From contig MU055263.1 in NCBI GenBank assembly GCA_013239625.1, forward strand, positions 5,489,886 to 5,553,885: DNA of 64,000 nt, in the 5' to 3' direction. Position 1 is the stretch's first letter, and each line of letters opens with the position of its first letter. This DNA comes from Lama guanicoe. Its lineage: Eukaryota. This document shows positions 11,871-24,334 of this stretch, piece by piece. A program made the position numbers and the translations under genes. The notes beneath the pieces are model-generated. The model saw only the letters and a list, made by a program, of their open reading frames with translations. It ran no database searches and had not been told where the DNA came from.

Positions 11871-14800
11871 TGCAAAAGAGCCCTTGCAGGCTGGAACGCC
11901 CCTGCCAGCCAGGCGGAGCCGAGATGACTCAGCAGGTTAGAGCCGTGACCCGTTCCTTCCGGAGTCCTCATTCTGGTTCTTATCCAGTGGCTACTGCAAA
12001 TGCACACGCGCGGGTCGGCCTTACTCCAGAGCCCATCCGAGAGCATCGCGGAGTGGCCACCGCAGCGGGCACCACCCACAGCAGGCGTTCCCGTGGAAAG
12101 CCAGGCCAGGTCCTGGCTGACCACCAGCTGAGCGCGCCCACCAAAAAGCGCTGGCCCACCCTACGGTCTGCAAAGCTCTGTTCTTGAGAGAGAAGCTGCG
12201 TTGGGGGTGGGACCGCGGGGTCCTGTTCAGCTCAGCTCTACAAATTCAATTCCAAAGCTCGGAAGCTAACCATGCTGAGGATAATAAGAATGAATTCCCT
12301 TCAGGGATGACAGTGACTTCTTTTTTCTGTCCTTGGGCAGCTGCAACGCACTTGCTTCCATTTGAGCCCAGCGCTGTCATGCAAGGTACTCCGCCTCCCA
12401 CACACGTTAGAGGGCACAGTCACGAAGGGCTGCGTCATGTGCTCCGCCAGGTGGCCGGAGGGCACGTCACGAAGAGGAACTGTTCCTCCCATTGTTTTTC
12501 AGTCAAATAAGGATTAATTAAAAAGTGGTGCTTGAAAGAACCGTCAGACTTCGGGAGAAGGCCAGTTAAAATGCCAGAAAAATGTGGCAGCCACAAAAAA
12601 GTGCTCCTCCTCCACTTTTAAAGCTTCAGCTTCAGCAAAGGAGCGCGATCTCGGGCTCAGCCCGGCTGCGCAGACGCCGCAGTTCCCTTCCCTGCTGACG
12701 TCCCGGGAGAGGGGCCGGGACTGAGCGTCCTCTGAGGGCCCCACTGCGGTGCTACGGGGGGCTCTTATTCCCTCTCCTCATGCTGTTACCCAGAGAGAAC
12801 TGCCCCCAGTGACGGACCTGGCCTCCCCCCCGGCTCCTCCGTCCCCTTTCCTTTGGGACCTGCCTGCCTGCAGGAGTGGTGAGCTCCGGACTCTTCTGCA
12901 GCTGGTGGTGAGACGCTTCCCCTGCTGTGCCGGGGAAAAGGGGGGTAAATCATCTAACTCAAGTATGAAACTTCAGAAGGCCCACTTGGCTGCAGACCCA
13001 AAGCCACATTCTCCAAAACGCATTTTCAGCAATAAGGATGGTGCTTTGCTGTCCATTCCCTTGGCTCCTTTATCTCTCTCGCCTGCTTTTTAATTAATGG
13101 AGGAGGGGCTCCTTATGGGCCCTCCTCAGACCTCCAGAGTGGGCGGCCTCCTGCCTCATGCACCTCACAGGTTTTGGCAAGTACTGACTGAAGGCACATG
13201 TGCAGACACGTGGCAGGAAGGAAAACCAGACAATCTGCGTGGCCTTTCCGCTCGTGGCGGCTCTGGGACCACACCCCGTCCCACCAGCACCGGGGAGGTG
13301 GTCCAAACGTGGCATCGACGTCTGCGTGAGCTCTTGGGGGGAACAGCTCACCTACAGATACACCCGGCGGAGAACCAGCCCTAAACAGCGCTGGCGGCTC
13401 AGGCGCGGACCTGGCTCTGAGCCCCGAGGAGTGCTAACCGTGTGGGGACTTTCCTCCAAACGCCGCGCAAGCCACCAACGGCCCAGGAGAAACTCACCCC
13501 CAAGGACGCCGTCCCGGCACGTGCGGAGCTAGGCCCGACGGTCCACGGAGCGTCTTCCCAAGTGCTTCCTCGTTTTCACAGCCAGATACTTTACACTCTG
13601 TCAGTCCTCCATCGAAGGGCTATTTAAACCCTTCAAAGTGAAGTGCTTCCATGTAAAAGTTCGTGTAGCCAGCCACCCTCCTGCAACTGCAAACGTCTCC
13701 ACAGGCAGAAACCTAACAGCACGGATATGGGGCGGCTGACAATGTGACTCTAACGTGTCATCTTTTTCAGTCGTCCTCAGGCCACCCAGTGAAATAAATG
13801 CTCTTATCAACCTCAAACAGGGGAGAAAACTGTGTTTGAGGTGCTCAACCCCTTGCCCAGATTACTCGGCTAATTAACAGTCGTGGCACCGGGACTCAAA
13901 CCTGGGTTTTCTAGTAACAGGACAGAAGTGCTTTCCACGCAGTCTCGATTATGCAACAGGGATTCTAAGGGGGCCACATCCTTCCCTGCAGCCTGACAGA
14001 GCCCTGGGCACGGCAGGAGTGGTAAACAGAGCTCCAGGCAGAGCACGCCTGCAAAATCAGAAGCAGCAGCTCTGCACAGAGAGAAGAGCCAGCCAGTTCC
14101 TGAGTTCAGGCCCCTCTTTGTGTCGCTGCAGAGTCCTTTTAAGGAGGAAGAGTGAGTGAACTCATTTCATCTCCTTCCTTCCCCTGGGCCTGACCCACAA
14201 AGACACAGTCCAGTAGGCAGCTGGTAGCTCTAAAGACAGGTTCTCATCTGTTCAACTACAGATGCTCCATTAACTCCAACGAGAACCTGAAGGTCTGACT
14301 CTCTTGAACTCCCCAGTGGTCAGACGCTCACTCGCAGGCACGATGCACACCTGAGGCTGGGGACTCCTGACGGAGCCAACCCAGCTAAGGGTGAAGTGCC
14401 TTCGGCTTTGCTGAAAGTATGGGGCAGGGAGAGGGATCCTCCCAGGGTGCTCAGAAAGGCACGGTCGTTGCTGAGTTTCCATCCTGTCTCCTCACTTCAA
14501 TCCTTTGGCCCCACGTTCTCTGGTTTGTCCCTGGAGTAACAGCCACAAGCTTGAGTCCTGAGTCGGGGGCAGTTGTGTGGTTTCGGGCTGAACTGGGGAT
14601 TCCATAAGGATCATTAAGCTTAGGGGCAAAAACAGTGAATAACCAGGCCCTCCAGAGCCACTAGAACCATTAAATAAGGTGACAGGTGGGTGTTAGATGC
14701 CAGAGCTGTTAAGAGAATCTTAAAGATCGACTTCTGTTTTGGGAGAACTCAATTCAAAGCTAACTATGAAGTTGCTGGGCTCACCTCGAGACATCAAATT

Positions 14801-15015
14801 AGTCTTAAGAACTCCATTCAAGCGAAGCAGCTGCCTGAGAAGTTTGTAAGAGACTCCTGCTATGAACCATGGGTATCAGCCCAGTTACCACCAAAGCCAA
14901 CGCGGTAAAGCAGCAGAGGGAACAATGTTAGACTTTCTGAAGGAAACCCTCCTCCTTCAAACAAAGGAATCGACGCCTCCAGAATCCTGAAAAGACACGT
15001 CACACCGTGACTCAC

Positions 15016-15147
15016 CATGCTTCTTGTCGAGCGGGAGCCAAGACACCTGACCCCGCGCTCTCTGGCCAGCCTGCCGTTCTCCTCGGCGGGGAGGATGGCG
15101 TCGCCTGAGCGGGAACTGCGCTCAGCAGTGCGATACTGGGCCCGTCA
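15016..15147 (-). other. Exon ending in a start codon (ATG at 15018-15016, then donor GTGAGT); likely first coding or alternative first exon
   Basis: ...GACAAGAAGCATG|GTGAGTCA: strong donor, A at -3 of the ATG, in-frame TGA upstream, no other ATG in the exon. Possible weak acceptor GCCTTCTCAG| at 15148. Non-repetitive, CpG-rich sequence. Confidence 0.55.
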
Positions 15148-15479
15148 CTGAGAAGGCACCCCCATCAAACAGCTCTTATTTTGACCAAATAGTGGGTTAA
15201 AAAAAAAAAGATAAAGAGAATTGAAAAGATGGCATTAAAGAGAAAAGGCAGCCTAGCATATTCAAGAGGAAGCACTTTCTGGAATTTCCTCTGGCTTCAC
15301 CATTCAGAGCACTGCCATCTTGATGGGAAGACACTAAGAACGGGCTCTTCCTCTCCTCAAAGAGCTGCTCCCTGGTCCACGCTCCCCGCAGCCTGCGGCC
15401 GCCCACCTCCTCCTCCTCTGAACCCGCAGTGCGACGTCATGGCTGAGAAGGGGCTCGGGCATCTCGTGGCTCTGCCACC

Positions 15480-15670
15480 TGCCAGCTGCGGGACCTTCAG
15501 GCAGGTGCTTAACACCCGCGTCCTTCCCTGTCCACGTCAGGAAGACAGAAAACCAGCACTCACCTCGCAGGCTGCGGTGAGGAGTCACTGGATCCGCACG
15601 TGCCCTGCCCCGAGCACCGGGCCCTGGCACACGGTATGGCTCAGCACGTCTGCCTCTGATGATGACAATG
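15480..15670 (+). mobile_element. MIR
   Basis: GCTCTGCCACCTGCCAGCTGCGGGACCTTCAGGCAGGTGCTTAAC...CCTGGCACACGGTA. Confidence 0.55.
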
Positions 15671-18600
15671 ACATGGGCTTACACAGGCTGCGGCGAAGCA
15701 GGGGCTGGGGGCCACTCAGGGCCTCTGAAAAGCCGAGTGTTCTCCTGGCAACGCACGGAATCAGCTAGAAAAAAGCCCTCCCACCCTGCGGGCCCACGGG
15801 ACTCAGCGTGGCTGCTCTTCTCAGCGGCTACAGCAGCGGATCGGAAGGGACAGCCTCAAAGGACCAGAGTCAGGGCCGGAGAGAGGCGGAAACACAGACG
15901 GAGAAGCCTGGGTCTGGGGGAAGCTGACTGGGGCAGTCTGAGAATGGGTCGCAGCCAAGAGTCCACAATCACGGGATTTCAAACTTAGAAATAAAGTAAC
16001 AAGCCCTTCAGGTTGCCTCTCTTGTTACTACGGAAAGCTCTCCACCATTTTCCCTTCAAGCCCCTCTGGAAGGGAGCCTCTTCTAGAGACTGCTCTGCCG
16101 CCGAGCTTCTGTAGCAGCCCTTCCAACACGCATGGGTGCCTGTGGCGTTGAGTCGTTCTGGGGAATAACGTGTCTCAACGAGATTAAAACCTCTGGAGGC
16201 GGGCGAGTGTGTCTTGCAGTCTTGAGCCCCTCTTCCCGGCCCACCTCTGTCCCAGGGCCTAATACCCACCGTGGACGTGAGCGACCAGAAAGCACACCAT
16301 GACGTGGGAGGCTCTGAGCAGCCGATGCTGCAGACACATGCTGCCGCACACAGTGCACGCACGCAGCTGGCACAGAGGGCGCAGAGCGACGCGAGGCACT
16401 CCCCGACCTCCCTGAGGCTTCGGTGCGAAGCCGGAGTCCAAGGAGTGCAGAGCTGGCCGGTTACGCCTTCAGCAGCCCCAAGTGCTGAATGGATTTTAGT
16501 GCTCCTCCACATAAAAATAAAATAACACACCATGAAGAAAGACTAAGGAAGTCCAGCGAAAGTCTGTGTTCTTCCCCATGGTGACTGCTCTGATTTTTTT
16601 TAAGCAGTGTATACCAAAGTCTTCTTAAAACATTTTCTAGTGGTGCCTTTGCTTTGCAGGAGCCCCGAACACACATCTAGCCTGCCTGTCTGGTAATCTA
16701 GCCCTGCCTGTGCACCAAAGGGTTCCCTCCAGATACAGAGGCGGGCGTGAAGGAAGGGAGCCAGGCAGGCGGCGGGGAGAGGGAGGGAGGCGGGGGAGCC
16801 GCGGGGGGGCCGCGACGGGAGGGCTGGGAGACGGGGCCCAGATGGAGAGGGTGGGGCGCAGCAGCGAGAGCCAGGGAGCGCCTTCCGCTCCTGCCAGCTT
16901 CGGTCTAGACAGAACTTCAGAGTCTCCCTAAACCCAACCTGCTCCTTCACAGGAGAGGAGTTACAACCCACCGATGGCTCACTCAAGGCCAAAGCTGCTG
17001 GTCTGAGGCCAGAACTGGAATCTGGGTCTCAGGGCCGCCTGCTCGGAGCTCTTTCTACTCGGCACATCCCTGCTTTACGCTCCCTGGGCCGGGGCACTCG
17101 GGCTCGGCAAATGGCTCAGAACTCAGGCAGCCCCGAGAAAGCCTTGCAGTCTCCCCCACCTCAGCACCACACGCTGAGAGGCAACAGAAGAGGCAGGAGA
17201 GATCAGGCTCCTGGCTGTCACGTGGCTTCTGATGACGCCATTTGGCCCCGATAGGATGCACTGGACTAGAAACGTCCGTCCCTCGGCCAGGAGGAAGTCT
17301 GGCTGGACCAGGCTCCGGCCTGATGGTCTGCGGCACGAGGAAAGCATACAGCACAAGGAAGCCGCACCCCTCACACTGCCGGCCCCCTGCTGCCTCCACT
17401 GGCGGCTGCAGAAGCAAGGAGATCACCACTGGGGAGCAGCTTTGTGATTTCCTGATTCCTAAGAGAGCAGCACCGTGGAGGACGCGGCGAGGTGAGACAC
17501 ACCGTCTGACGGAGGCAGCTGCTTTAAGGACACCCCCGAGGGATGCGCTGTGGTCCTGCCGGCTGTGGAGCTGGGGCAGACACAGGAAATCCCTGGGCGG
17601 CTCAGCGGAAGCCCGTTCTCAGTGCTCTGCGTGGTCTGGGGACCACCTCTGGGTTCAATTACCTGAAGTGTTAAACGTATACTGCACCCGACCTGGACAA
17701 AGCACTCCTTTAACCATGGGGTTGTGATGATGCGTGTAAATCACTCAGACTCACTCCTGCTCCACATCCCACACACCCGCACGGAGTCAGGCAAGTGAAG
17801 AGGAAAACAGACGATCGTTTGAACCTGTGTGTCTTGCTTTCCGCCTTTGAACCCTCTCCCGTGCACCCCACCCAGTGACAAGTCACTTCTCCCAAGGGAA
17901 ACGCGTGAGGACTGAACACAACCCCATCGGCGGCAGCAGCACAGCAGCCCTCCTCCGTGCGCTCACCTACGTCCTCCGCCCCCTCCGCCCCCTCTTTCTC
18001 TGGTTCTCCTTGCTAACCTCCCCTTTGTCTTCCATCAGCACCCGTGCGAAGCCTTTCCTGAAATCTCCGTGCCGACAGCTCTGACCCTTCCTTGATGCTC
18101 CCAGAGCATCCTAGACATTTCTGACCCACCACACCCTTCCACAACGACCTGGTTTTGAGCGTATCTCCTTCACTAAGCTGGAAGGTTCTCCGGGGCAGGA
18201 ATCGAAACTTGCTCACGCTGGTTTCCCCAGGGACCCGTGCAGCGCTTGGCACACAGCAGGAGCGCAGCCTGACAAGTTGTCAGGCGTGATCACACGCATT
18301 AGAGGGACACTTAGGCTGGAACCGTTAGCCTCATTCTACAAAGAGATCAAGGCTCAGAGAGGTCTCAAGGTTCCCCAAGGCCACCAGTTTTGATGCTTTC
18401 TGGCTCCCAGGCCAGATTATCACGGGACCACATTACGATCAGTTTAACTGTTCAAGTCAAAGCACTGATGCTCCGATGCAGGCACACATGCAATGACCCG
18501 CACAACTGAAGAAAAGATGCACAGAAACTTGGAAATACGGGTGAAATCACTGTTCGGAAAGCTGGAGCGCTGGCCAGGGGTGGAGACGGAGTTACCACGA

Positions 18601-18954
18601 ACTCCTCTCTCAAGGGCCTTTCCGTCCTGCAGAAATGAGGACTGAGGGCACGACTAAGATACAGATAAGCGTTCTGCTGGCTGAAAGGTCATGAGACAGA
18701 CTGTCTGGGGTTAAGCTGTCAGCACTGCCTTGGACGTCTTGGAGGAGCTGCACAGGGGGCAGCGGCAGCTGTTGTGAGACCTGAAGCAACTCGAACGTGG
18801 CTGATTCACCACTGGGCGCAGAGAAGCGACAACAGGCAGGAACTGGGGGCAGCTGGCAGGACGGGGCTGGTTTGGGGCTTTGACCCTTTGTGACCCTCTG
18901 GGAACACCCCACCGAGGAAGGCAGCTTCCGGCACAGCTGCCGCTAACGCTAACG

Positions 18955-19085
18955 GGGGTCAGGTGCCGGGCCCACCCCGGAGGTGCTGACTTAGCTGCCC
19001 TGGGGCGTGGTCCTCAGATCTGCATCTGAAGTGTTCAGAACTTCCTCTGTGATTCTGGTGTGCGGCCAACACTGTGACAAGCACA
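18955..19085. mobile_element. MER5-type hAT relic
   Basis: GGGCCCACCCCGGAGGTGCTGACTTAG...TGGGGCGTGG...TCTGCAT...GTGATTCT. Confidence 0.6.
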
Positions 19086-21699
19086 AACGAGCAAATCCTG
19101 GGCCCTTCCACTCCTGTGTAGCCACCGAAGTTTAAAACACTGAGGTGGGAAGCTGCTCAGTGCCCCAGGGGTATTGAAACCACGTGTAACAGGCTTAAAA
19201 CCAGCTTTTCTGGAGATAGAAGCGGGACCTTCCTCTTCCTGTATTCTCGCCTGAAAGATGCCCCGGCCTCTTCTACTCGAGCAGCTCCAACGACAGGAAA
19301 CCTGCTGCCTTATGGGCGCTTTGGAACTGTATGCTTAGAGCAGGCGAGTGTTACTTTATAAAATTACGTCTCAGCAAAGCCATCGTGAGTGTGCTTTCAT
19401 GGCACCGCGTTTTATTTGGGGAAGGAACAGTGTTTCTCACAGGGAAGTGCTTTTGGACTAAGCTGTGCAATTAGCCTCGCTACGTCATAACGCGGGTTCT
19501 GGCTTTGCTACGGGCCACTCAGCCTGAAGGCTAAGGCCTCTTCCACTGGCTTTGCATGCGGGGACAACAGGGCTGGGTCCACTTACTAGCTAAGCACCGC
19601 AGCAAATGCTCCCTCTCTCAGCTTCACTTCCTGATCCACAGGGAGCGGGCGTGTTTCCTCTGCGGGGCTGCTAGGACTGGATCACCGTAAGATGCTCAGG
19701 GAAGAACCCTTCCTTCCCTTCCCCATAAAAGTGGCGTGCCGGTCTTCCCCCAGGTTCTCCTTCCTCAGGCTGAACACCCACGAGGCTCAGCAACGCACAG
19801 GCACTCGGTGATTCCTCACGGGCACGTGGCTTCCCTCCTCACCACTCCAGTTCTCCTCTCGGCACTCGGTAGATCTGACAGCATCCGCGGTGGCCTCTCT
19901 TCCAGAGCACCAGCGGAGTCCGGCACGGTGAACGTGGTATACCAGCAACTGCTCACCGGCTCCTGTTTAATGTTCTCCGAGCCCAGTATCAGTTCCCTCT
20001 CGGTATCAGTTGCCTGTGGGCACCACACCACCTACAGAGATCCAGCCGCATTTCAGAGGCAGGGAGTCATCATGCGTCAGCGCCGCAGGGGGAAGCCTGA
20101 GAGCTGCTGGGGCTCCTTCCGTCACCTGCTGCGCAGGAGGGCCTCCGTGCTGCTCCTCTGCCCTACGCCCCCAGGGCCGGGCACAGGCCGCGCCGCGCCT
20201 TACCCCATCTCTGACCTCGGCACGTCTGCCCAGCCCTTTTTTATCTACGATTTTGACTTGGCAGCGTAAAACTGCAGAAATCAGAGACCTGGCAAAGGCA
20301 GACAGTGTCAAGGCACGGCGCGCTCTCTCAGGGCAAGCCGCGTGATCGTGGGCACAGCATTAACGCTCTGAGTATCAGCGTCCTCCTCTGAAAATGGGAA
20401 CACAGCACCTTCCTGCCAGGGTTACGACGAAAATCAAACGTTACCTCAGACGCACAAGCCGACGCCCAGTGCGTGCTCGCTGTCCCGAAGGCAGAAGTTA
20501 CAAGCCCCGCTGTCACCGCTGCGGGTGGCAGTTTCCCCCTCAGGCCGGCCTCTGTCCTGGACGCTGATCTGCTCCACGAGGAGCCTGGCCTACCTGCCCC
20601 GTTCCTGTCACCTCCGTCCTCCAGGAAAGCTAAAACCCTGCCCTGAGGCCAGGGCTTCCCCTGCCTGGCCCTTCCTCACTGCCTCCCTCCCTCCGAGCCC
20701 CGGGCTGTGGGCTTCCCGTCAGCACCTGCCCGAAGCGAGCTGCCATTCAGACCTGGGTTCTAGGTCCTGCTTGGCCACCCGCCACGTGACCTTGGGCCAG
20801 CCACACGGACCTTTCGGATCTCTGTTCCCCTTCTAATGACGGCCTCAGACAACATGACCTAAAATTACACAGATCAGCCCTGTTCACGTCAAACTAAACT
20901 AAAAGAAACTAAAGACAAGCTGGAGAAAGAACAGGTGCGTCTTCATGTGAACTCTTCACATCAACACAGATGCTACTCAGAAGATATGTGTGCTGTACAG
21001 AAAAAAGTGTCTGCGGAATACACACGTTTACATGGTTTCAGAGCTCGCCCAGGCTCAAGTTGCCTTTGAAATTTAAGCAGATACTTGAGACAAAATTACC
21101 TAGCTGTGAACTTTTCTAAGCTGTTTGCTTGTTTGAGAAAACATACCAAGTCTGTCAAGTGTGTAAATGCAGAGAGATTCAGAACTCCTGTCAAGTAAGA
21201 AAAACAAACAAATGTGAACGCCTTCTAACAAAGCTCTCGCTTTCCACTGCGCGCCCCTGAAAAGGCTCGGGAAACAGCTTCCGTCGCCTCACTTACGCCA
21301 AGTCCGCAGTCATCAGGTCTTCAGTTTACAAACCAAGTGCACGCTTCAAGGCAGTGTTCCACACTCGCTATTAACGCACCCAAAACAATACCCATTACAG
21401 TACAGATGGCTTTCTACTTAGGACGCATCACCGCATCCAGCCTGGGGAGAGGCGCGCGCTGGGAACACCAGGAGCGTTCTTACCAACCCTCGAGCATCCA
21501 GAACTTCCAATATTTTGTTTCGTTTTCAGATGAGACTTTGTTCCTGGGGAAATGCGCTAGTTCTCTTCCTGCAATTCTGTTCTAACTTTTTTTCTAGTAT
21601 CTGAGAAACAATGTCAAATTTTAAGTATAAAATTAGACAATTTCTAGAAAAAAAAGCAACAAGTATCTCTGTCAAGTAACTGGAAGTTACAACCATGTT

Positions 21700-22052
21700 C
21701 CAGCTGACTGGCCACCCTTCTGGTCTTTGAACATGTTAAACTCACATGCCTCAGGCCCTTTGCACTTGCTCTTCCCTCTGCAGGACTATTCCTCCCCTGA
21801 GCTTCTCATAGCTCCTTTGTCGTATCATTCAGACCCTAGCTCCACTATCAGCTCTTCACTGAGGCCTCTCCTGATTAGTCACCACCCAACTTTGCATCTT
21901 CATAGCTTCTAAAATTATTTGAAACATGCTCTCATTTACATTTTTGTTTGCCTATAAGCCAGGAACTCATGTATTTTGTTCACACTATACACTTGGAACA
22001 GTGTCTGTCATACAGTAGATGTTCCATAAAAATAAGATTAATGAATGAATGT
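21700..22052 (+). mobile_element. L2 3' end
   Basis: CCTTTGCACTTGCTCTTCCCTCTGC...GAACAGTGTCTGTCATACAGTAGATG...AATGAATGAATG tail. Confidence 0.7.
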
Positions 22053-22299
22053 GTGAGAGAAAAAATTACACAGATGTCAGTGAAATGCCACAAAGAACAT
22101 GTAATTTTAAATCAGCTATGTCTCGTCAAATCTTACTGTTCTGCGCCGTGGTAAAGAATACCAGAGACAGTCCACCTTATTTTCAGAAAAGGCTTCCACT
22201 GCATCTGGAGAGTGCTGAACAGCGTCAGGAGCCTTCCTGGTGTACTTGGTCCTGGCTTATCTCACACTGTCATCAATCACTTGGAGGGAGAAAGAAAAT

Positions 22300-22720
22300 G
22301 TATAGCTTGCACTAAGCTGAAAAGATAGCGAACAGGCTAGAGAACAGAATTAGGTCCTGGAAAGATCTCCGTTGTTGAAAAGGCAGGCTAAACAAACAAG
22401 CTGGGATTTAATAGGGATCAGTCTAAAGCCTTGAACTTAACTGAAAAATTCAAGAGTAGAGAGATGGCGTTCGGGACACCTAGCTTAAGAGCTACAGCAC
22501 CTGTGAAAAAGCCCAGTTTTGATCTTTGGCTGTGAGCTTTATGTAGGGCAGGAACATGGCCTGGCTATCGAAGAGCCACGATCAGCCAGTGAAACAGAAC
22601 AACGTGGCATGATCAGGAGGGACGGACCAGGGTTACAGAGACTCTAAAACCAAATTATTTCGTTCACATTTCTGAGCACTTATGACGTGACTGGCATCGC
22701 ACACAGAAGTGGAGATGCAG
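22300..22720 (+). mobile_element. CR1/L3 LINE relic
   Basis: Decayed RT-like motifs GGATTTAATAGGGATCAGTCTAAAGCCTTGAACTTA and CAGCACCTGTGAAAAAG. Confidence 0.45.
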
Positions 22721-23059
22721 GGGTAAGAGCCCACAGGTCTAGTGCGGGAGAGAGAAAACCCAGAATGACCACAGAGGGCGGGAAGGACGATGGCAGAAGG
22801 GCAGACTGTAAGTTACAGGAACACGGAGTTACCCAGTCCACACAGGCTGCAGACGGTTCCGCAGAGAAGAAAACTCTTGGGGACAAAGTACCTAATTCAG
22901 TGGCTGTTGTGAAAGCAAGTGAAACCCAGAGCTCAGCGCAGCGCCAGGCACGCGGCACGTCGCAGCAACAACGCTGGGCACTGCTGCTGCCATCGCCTGG
23001 TAACTGCTGTGGGCCAGAATCGCTGACGGACCTACAACTGGCGGGCAAGAGTATGACGA

Positions 23060-23962
23060 GAAACGGGGTATCTGCGTGGTCTCAAAGTACCACTGAGACG
23101 CCTGTTACAGAAGGAAAAGTAGCAACTTTACAGTAGGGAAACCTGGCAGACACCACCCTGACCAAGAGGTCGAAGTTCACATCTCCAGTGATGAGACAAT
23201 CGACACCACATGCCCTGTGCCCTGACGGACTGGGAAGGGCACACCCCTTCTGTGACAAGCCTGCCAAAAATACACAACCCTGCTCTAAACATGAGAAAAC
23301 AGTCAAAACTCCCATCCAAGGACAGCGTGTAAAACAACCGGTCGATACGCTTTAAGTGTCATGAAAGACAAAAAGAAAAACGGAGGCGCTATCACAGAAC
23401 GGGGGTGACGGAGTGCCAGGTGTGATCTGGGGCTGGATCCAAAACAAAAAAAAGGACATTCACAGAACAACTGGTGTATCAGTAATTACCTTAAATGTAA
23501 ATGGATTAAACACTCCACCCAAAAGACACAGACTGGCTGAATGGATACAAAAACAAGTAAATATGCTGTCTGCAAGAGACCCACCCCAGAGCTGAAGACC
23601 CACGCAGGCTCAACATGAGGGGACGGGAAAAATATTCCACGCAAACGGAAAGCAAAAGAAAGCTGGAGCAGCAGTTCTTAAATCAGACAAAACTGACTTT
23701 CAAATAAAGACTGTTACAAAAGACAAAGAAGGACACTACGTAGCGCTCAAGGGATCAATCCAAGAAAAGCTGGCAACATTCAAACAAGGTCTGCAGCTTA
23801 ATCGTACTGTGAGTGTTAATTTCCCGGTTTCTGTCATTGTGCTATGTTAGGTAAGACACTTGACATTGGGGGAAGCTGGGCACAGAGTATTTGAGAACTT
23901 TCTGAGTCTATTTTTGTGACTTTTCCTTGAAAGTCTAAAAGTATTTCAAAATAAAATGTTAA
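23060..23962 (+). mobile_element. Ancient L1M (L1MC/L1ME-type) 3' UTR fragment, interrupted by the L1 EN fragment
   Basis: Motifs GAAACCTGGCAGACACCACC, AAAGGACATT...AACTGGTG, GGGGGAAGCTGGG, TCTAAAAGTATTTCAAAATAAAA. Confidence 0.75.
23477..23766 (+). mobile_element. L1 ORF2 endonuclease N-terminal fragment (dead)
   Basis: Translates SVITLNVNGLNTPPKRHRLAEWIQKQ, then frameshifted CCLQETH, IFHANGKQKKAG and DKTDFQIKTVTKDKEGHY: classic L1 EN motifs. Confidence 0.9.
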
Positions 23963-24334
23963 GAGAAAGTGGATGTACCTGAGCCAGGAGCCAGAGACTC
24001 TGCCAGGAGACAAAAAGGAATGAGGAGGGACCTGAATCCTGAATCCTGGGACTCCCAGGCCAAACGACGTCAGGAAGATGGAAGGGAGGACAGAGCACAT
24101 ACAGAGCCTGGGGCTAGAAATACCAAAAAGCCGGCCCTGAGCAGAGAATGTGGTGAGAGCCGCTCTGCGTTAAATGGAACACGGGGAGAGCTGGACCTGT
24201 TCTGGGTGACTCAGCTCCTATGTGAACTTCAGCCGGCACAGCTCGGTGGCAGGGAGGCCCGCGGGCTCCTGGGGTGTGGTGTGCAAGGACCCCTGCGATG
24301 CTTCTGAGGTCCTGGTACCTTCTTCCCCCTTCAG

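Noticed and set aside
23413-23595. ORF with TLNVNGLN motif as a functional endonuclease
   Set aside because: Frameshifted, truncated L1 ORF2 relic.
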